From: an uncultured Spirochaetota bacterium
GTDB lineage: Bacteria > Spirochaetota > UBA4802 > UBA5550
DNA: 47,537 bases
Direction of reading: 5' to 3'
Assembly: GCA_963827275.1 (NCBI GenBank)
Contig: CAWHAA010000011.1
Coordinates: 1 to 47,537, forward strand
Shown: piece by piece, positions 46,054 through 47,537 of the stretch
How the letters are laid out: each line of letters starts with the position of its first letter
Position numbering within the stretch: position 1 is the first letter of the stretch
The notes under the pieces: model-generated
Told to the model about the DNA's origin: nothing
Databases searched by the model: none
The model's input: the letters and a program-made list of their open reading frames with translations, nothing else
Program-made: the position numbers and the translations under genes

Positions 46054-46935
46054 CGCGCCGAGCCCTCCGCCGAGCTCGTCCATGCGCTGGCCGTAGACCT
46101 CGAACTCGTGGTCGACCAGCGGCGCGGTGTTGTCGTCGCCGTACCAGACGACCAGGTACTCGAGCTGCCGGGTGTTGAAGACGACGTCGGGCCGGAAAGC
46201 GTCGTAGTCGGGGTCGCCGGTGCCGCCCATGTCGCTCACCCGGAAGTTGCCGCCGACCAGCGTGCCGTTGGCGGAGAGGCGCTGCGCCCAGATCTCCTGT
46301 TCGTCGAGCACCAGCCCGCCGGAGTTGGTGTCGCCCGACCAGACCACGAGGTACTCGTTGCGCGCCGGGTTGTAAGCCGCCGCGGGGTACTCGGCCCCCC
46401 AGGCGGGCGCGCCGTCCGGCCCCATGAAGCTGATGCGGAAGTTGCTGCCGACGTCGATCAGGTTGGCGTTCACGATCTGCCCCCAGACTTCGTACTCGCC
46501 GCCGACCAGGGCGCCCTCGTCGGTGTCGGCTACCCAGACGACCAGGAATTCGTTCTCGACGCTGTTGTAGACGACGTCTGGCGTGAGGGCGGCGAAGGCC
46601 GGGTCGCCGAGCCCGCCGGTCGCGCTGATCAGCGGGTCGTCCGGGCCGACCATGGCGCCGGTCGCCCCGACGATCAACTGGCCGTGGATCTCGTTCTCGC
46701 CCTCGACCAGCAGGCCGGTGTCGTCGTCGCCGCTCCAGACGACGAGATAGCGATCGGCGAGCGGGTTGTAAGCGATTGCCGGGGCGGAGGCGCGGTAGTC
46801 CGGGTCGCCGTCCGGTCCCATGGTGCTGAGCCGGAAGTCGTTGGCGCCCACTTCGTCGGCGGCGAGCGGCGAAGGGGTGGCGAGGAGCGGAGCGACGAGG
46901 AGCAGAGCGACAAGGGACGCGAAACGAGGGCGCAT
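46054..46935 (-). CDS. secreted repeat (probable beta-propeller) protein, truncated at its 3' end by the junction
   Basis: AGGAGG RBS, ATG 46935, signal peptide MRPRFASLVALLLVAPLLA, and four ~66-aa repeats (NFRIS...P.VVYN....YLVVW.GD...E.EI.GQ) ending abruptly at GGGLGA. Confidence 0.75.
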
Positions 46936-47069
46936 GGGATCCTCCTGGCCGAACGCTGGGGTGTCGGCGGCTGGGCCCAAGCTAGGGCCGGCGCCGGCGA
47001 AGATCCATGGACGGGCGCGCCAATCGCTTGCACGAACGCGCCAATCCCGGGTGTCGCGGCGTCGTCCCT

Positions 47070-47259
47070 AGCCGGGAGCGGCTATTCAGTCTCGCTCTAC
47101 CAGTCCGACCTCGCGGTCGGGGCGCCCTATGCCACCGTCGGAGACGACTACCAGGCCGGGGCGGCCTACGTCTGCGGCTGGTCCGATCTCGAAGGGCACC
47201 TCTTCTCGGATGGCTTCGAGCGCGGCGACGACAGCCGCTGGAGCGCGAGCACACTCTGA
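47070..47259 (+). pseudogene. start-less FG-GAP-like repeat fragment ending in an LFSDGFE.GD tail
   Basis: GYSVSLYQSDLAVGAPYATVGDDYQAGAAYV followed by LFSDGFERGDDSRWSASTL-stop; no in-frame ATG/RBS nearby. Left boundary approximate. Confidence 0.55.
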
Positions 47260-47451
47260 GGTCCGCGGGCGCTCCGCCTACTGAGCTGTCCGCCAGTTCT
47301 GGCCTGCTTCCGGCGGCTGGCGGCGCCCCAGAAGGTCCGGCACCTATCGTGGGGTTGCCTGGAGGTGGAGGTGCTGCCGGAAGGGCGTTGGCCCCATCGC
47401 GGAACCGATTGCGTACCTCCATGAGTAGGTCCTCAAGAACATGGAGGGGCG

Positions 47452-47537
47452 ATGCTCCGAAGCCGTCGACTTGGCGCCCTGGCGCGACTTGCCGCCCTGG
47501 CGGTGCTCCTGGTTCTGTGGTGCGCCACGCCGGCGAG
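47452..47537 (+). CDS. start of an exported protein (runs off window)
   Basis: GGAGG then ATG 47452: MLRSRRLGALARLAALAVLLVLWCATPA, a signal-peptide pattern. Confidence 0.5.
   Translation, partial: MLRSRRLGALARLAALAVLLVLWCATPA

Noticed and set aside
45610..47259. 549-aa ORF as a novel RpiB fusion protein
   Set aside because: After ~148 aa it is the antisense shadow of the real minus-strand repeat gene, and it exists only because rpiB lost its stop at the junction.

Overview
Most of this window (1 to ~46053) reads as a bacterial chromosome segment. The housekeeping-type genes on the right suggest an anaerobic spirochaete-like host, but this is inference from gene families, not a search result. 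Positions 1-28577 hold a large, fragmented type II FAS/PKS-like lipid biosynthesis cluster that probably continues past the left edge. It encodes a single-chain KS-chain-length-factor fusion, two more FabF-type ketosynthases, two ACPs, FabG, FabD, two hotdog dehydratases and a thioesterase. It also encodes an acyl-AMP ligase, a dehydratase-PPTase fusion, a PlsY-like acyltransferase, LolA plus a lipoprotein, a BtrH-like protein, three methyltransferase domains and five radical SAM enzymes (three cobalamin-binding, two forming a paralogous tandem pair). This cluster is the best candidate for an undescribed system: an aryl-polyene-like chassis with heavy radical tailoring, probably making an unusual membrane lipid. 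Next come a secreted/outer-membrane protein, a double-kinase hybrid sensor with a LytTR regulator, a SpoIIE-type phosphatase, a frameshifted DHH phosphoesterase, a 1867-aa SprA-like giant outer-membrane protein, an M23 peptidase and a crotonase. An AT-rich intergenic region with clustered DnaA boxes (candidate oriC or DnaA-box cluster) precedes rpiB. At ~46053 the sequence switches abruptly to much higher-GC DNA, and genes on both strands are broken at that point, which indicates a chimeric join. Two small inverted-repeat-bounded AT-rich elements sit inside the lipid operons. No rRNA, tRNA, CRISPR array or transposase was recognised. All family calls come from motif recognition by eye.
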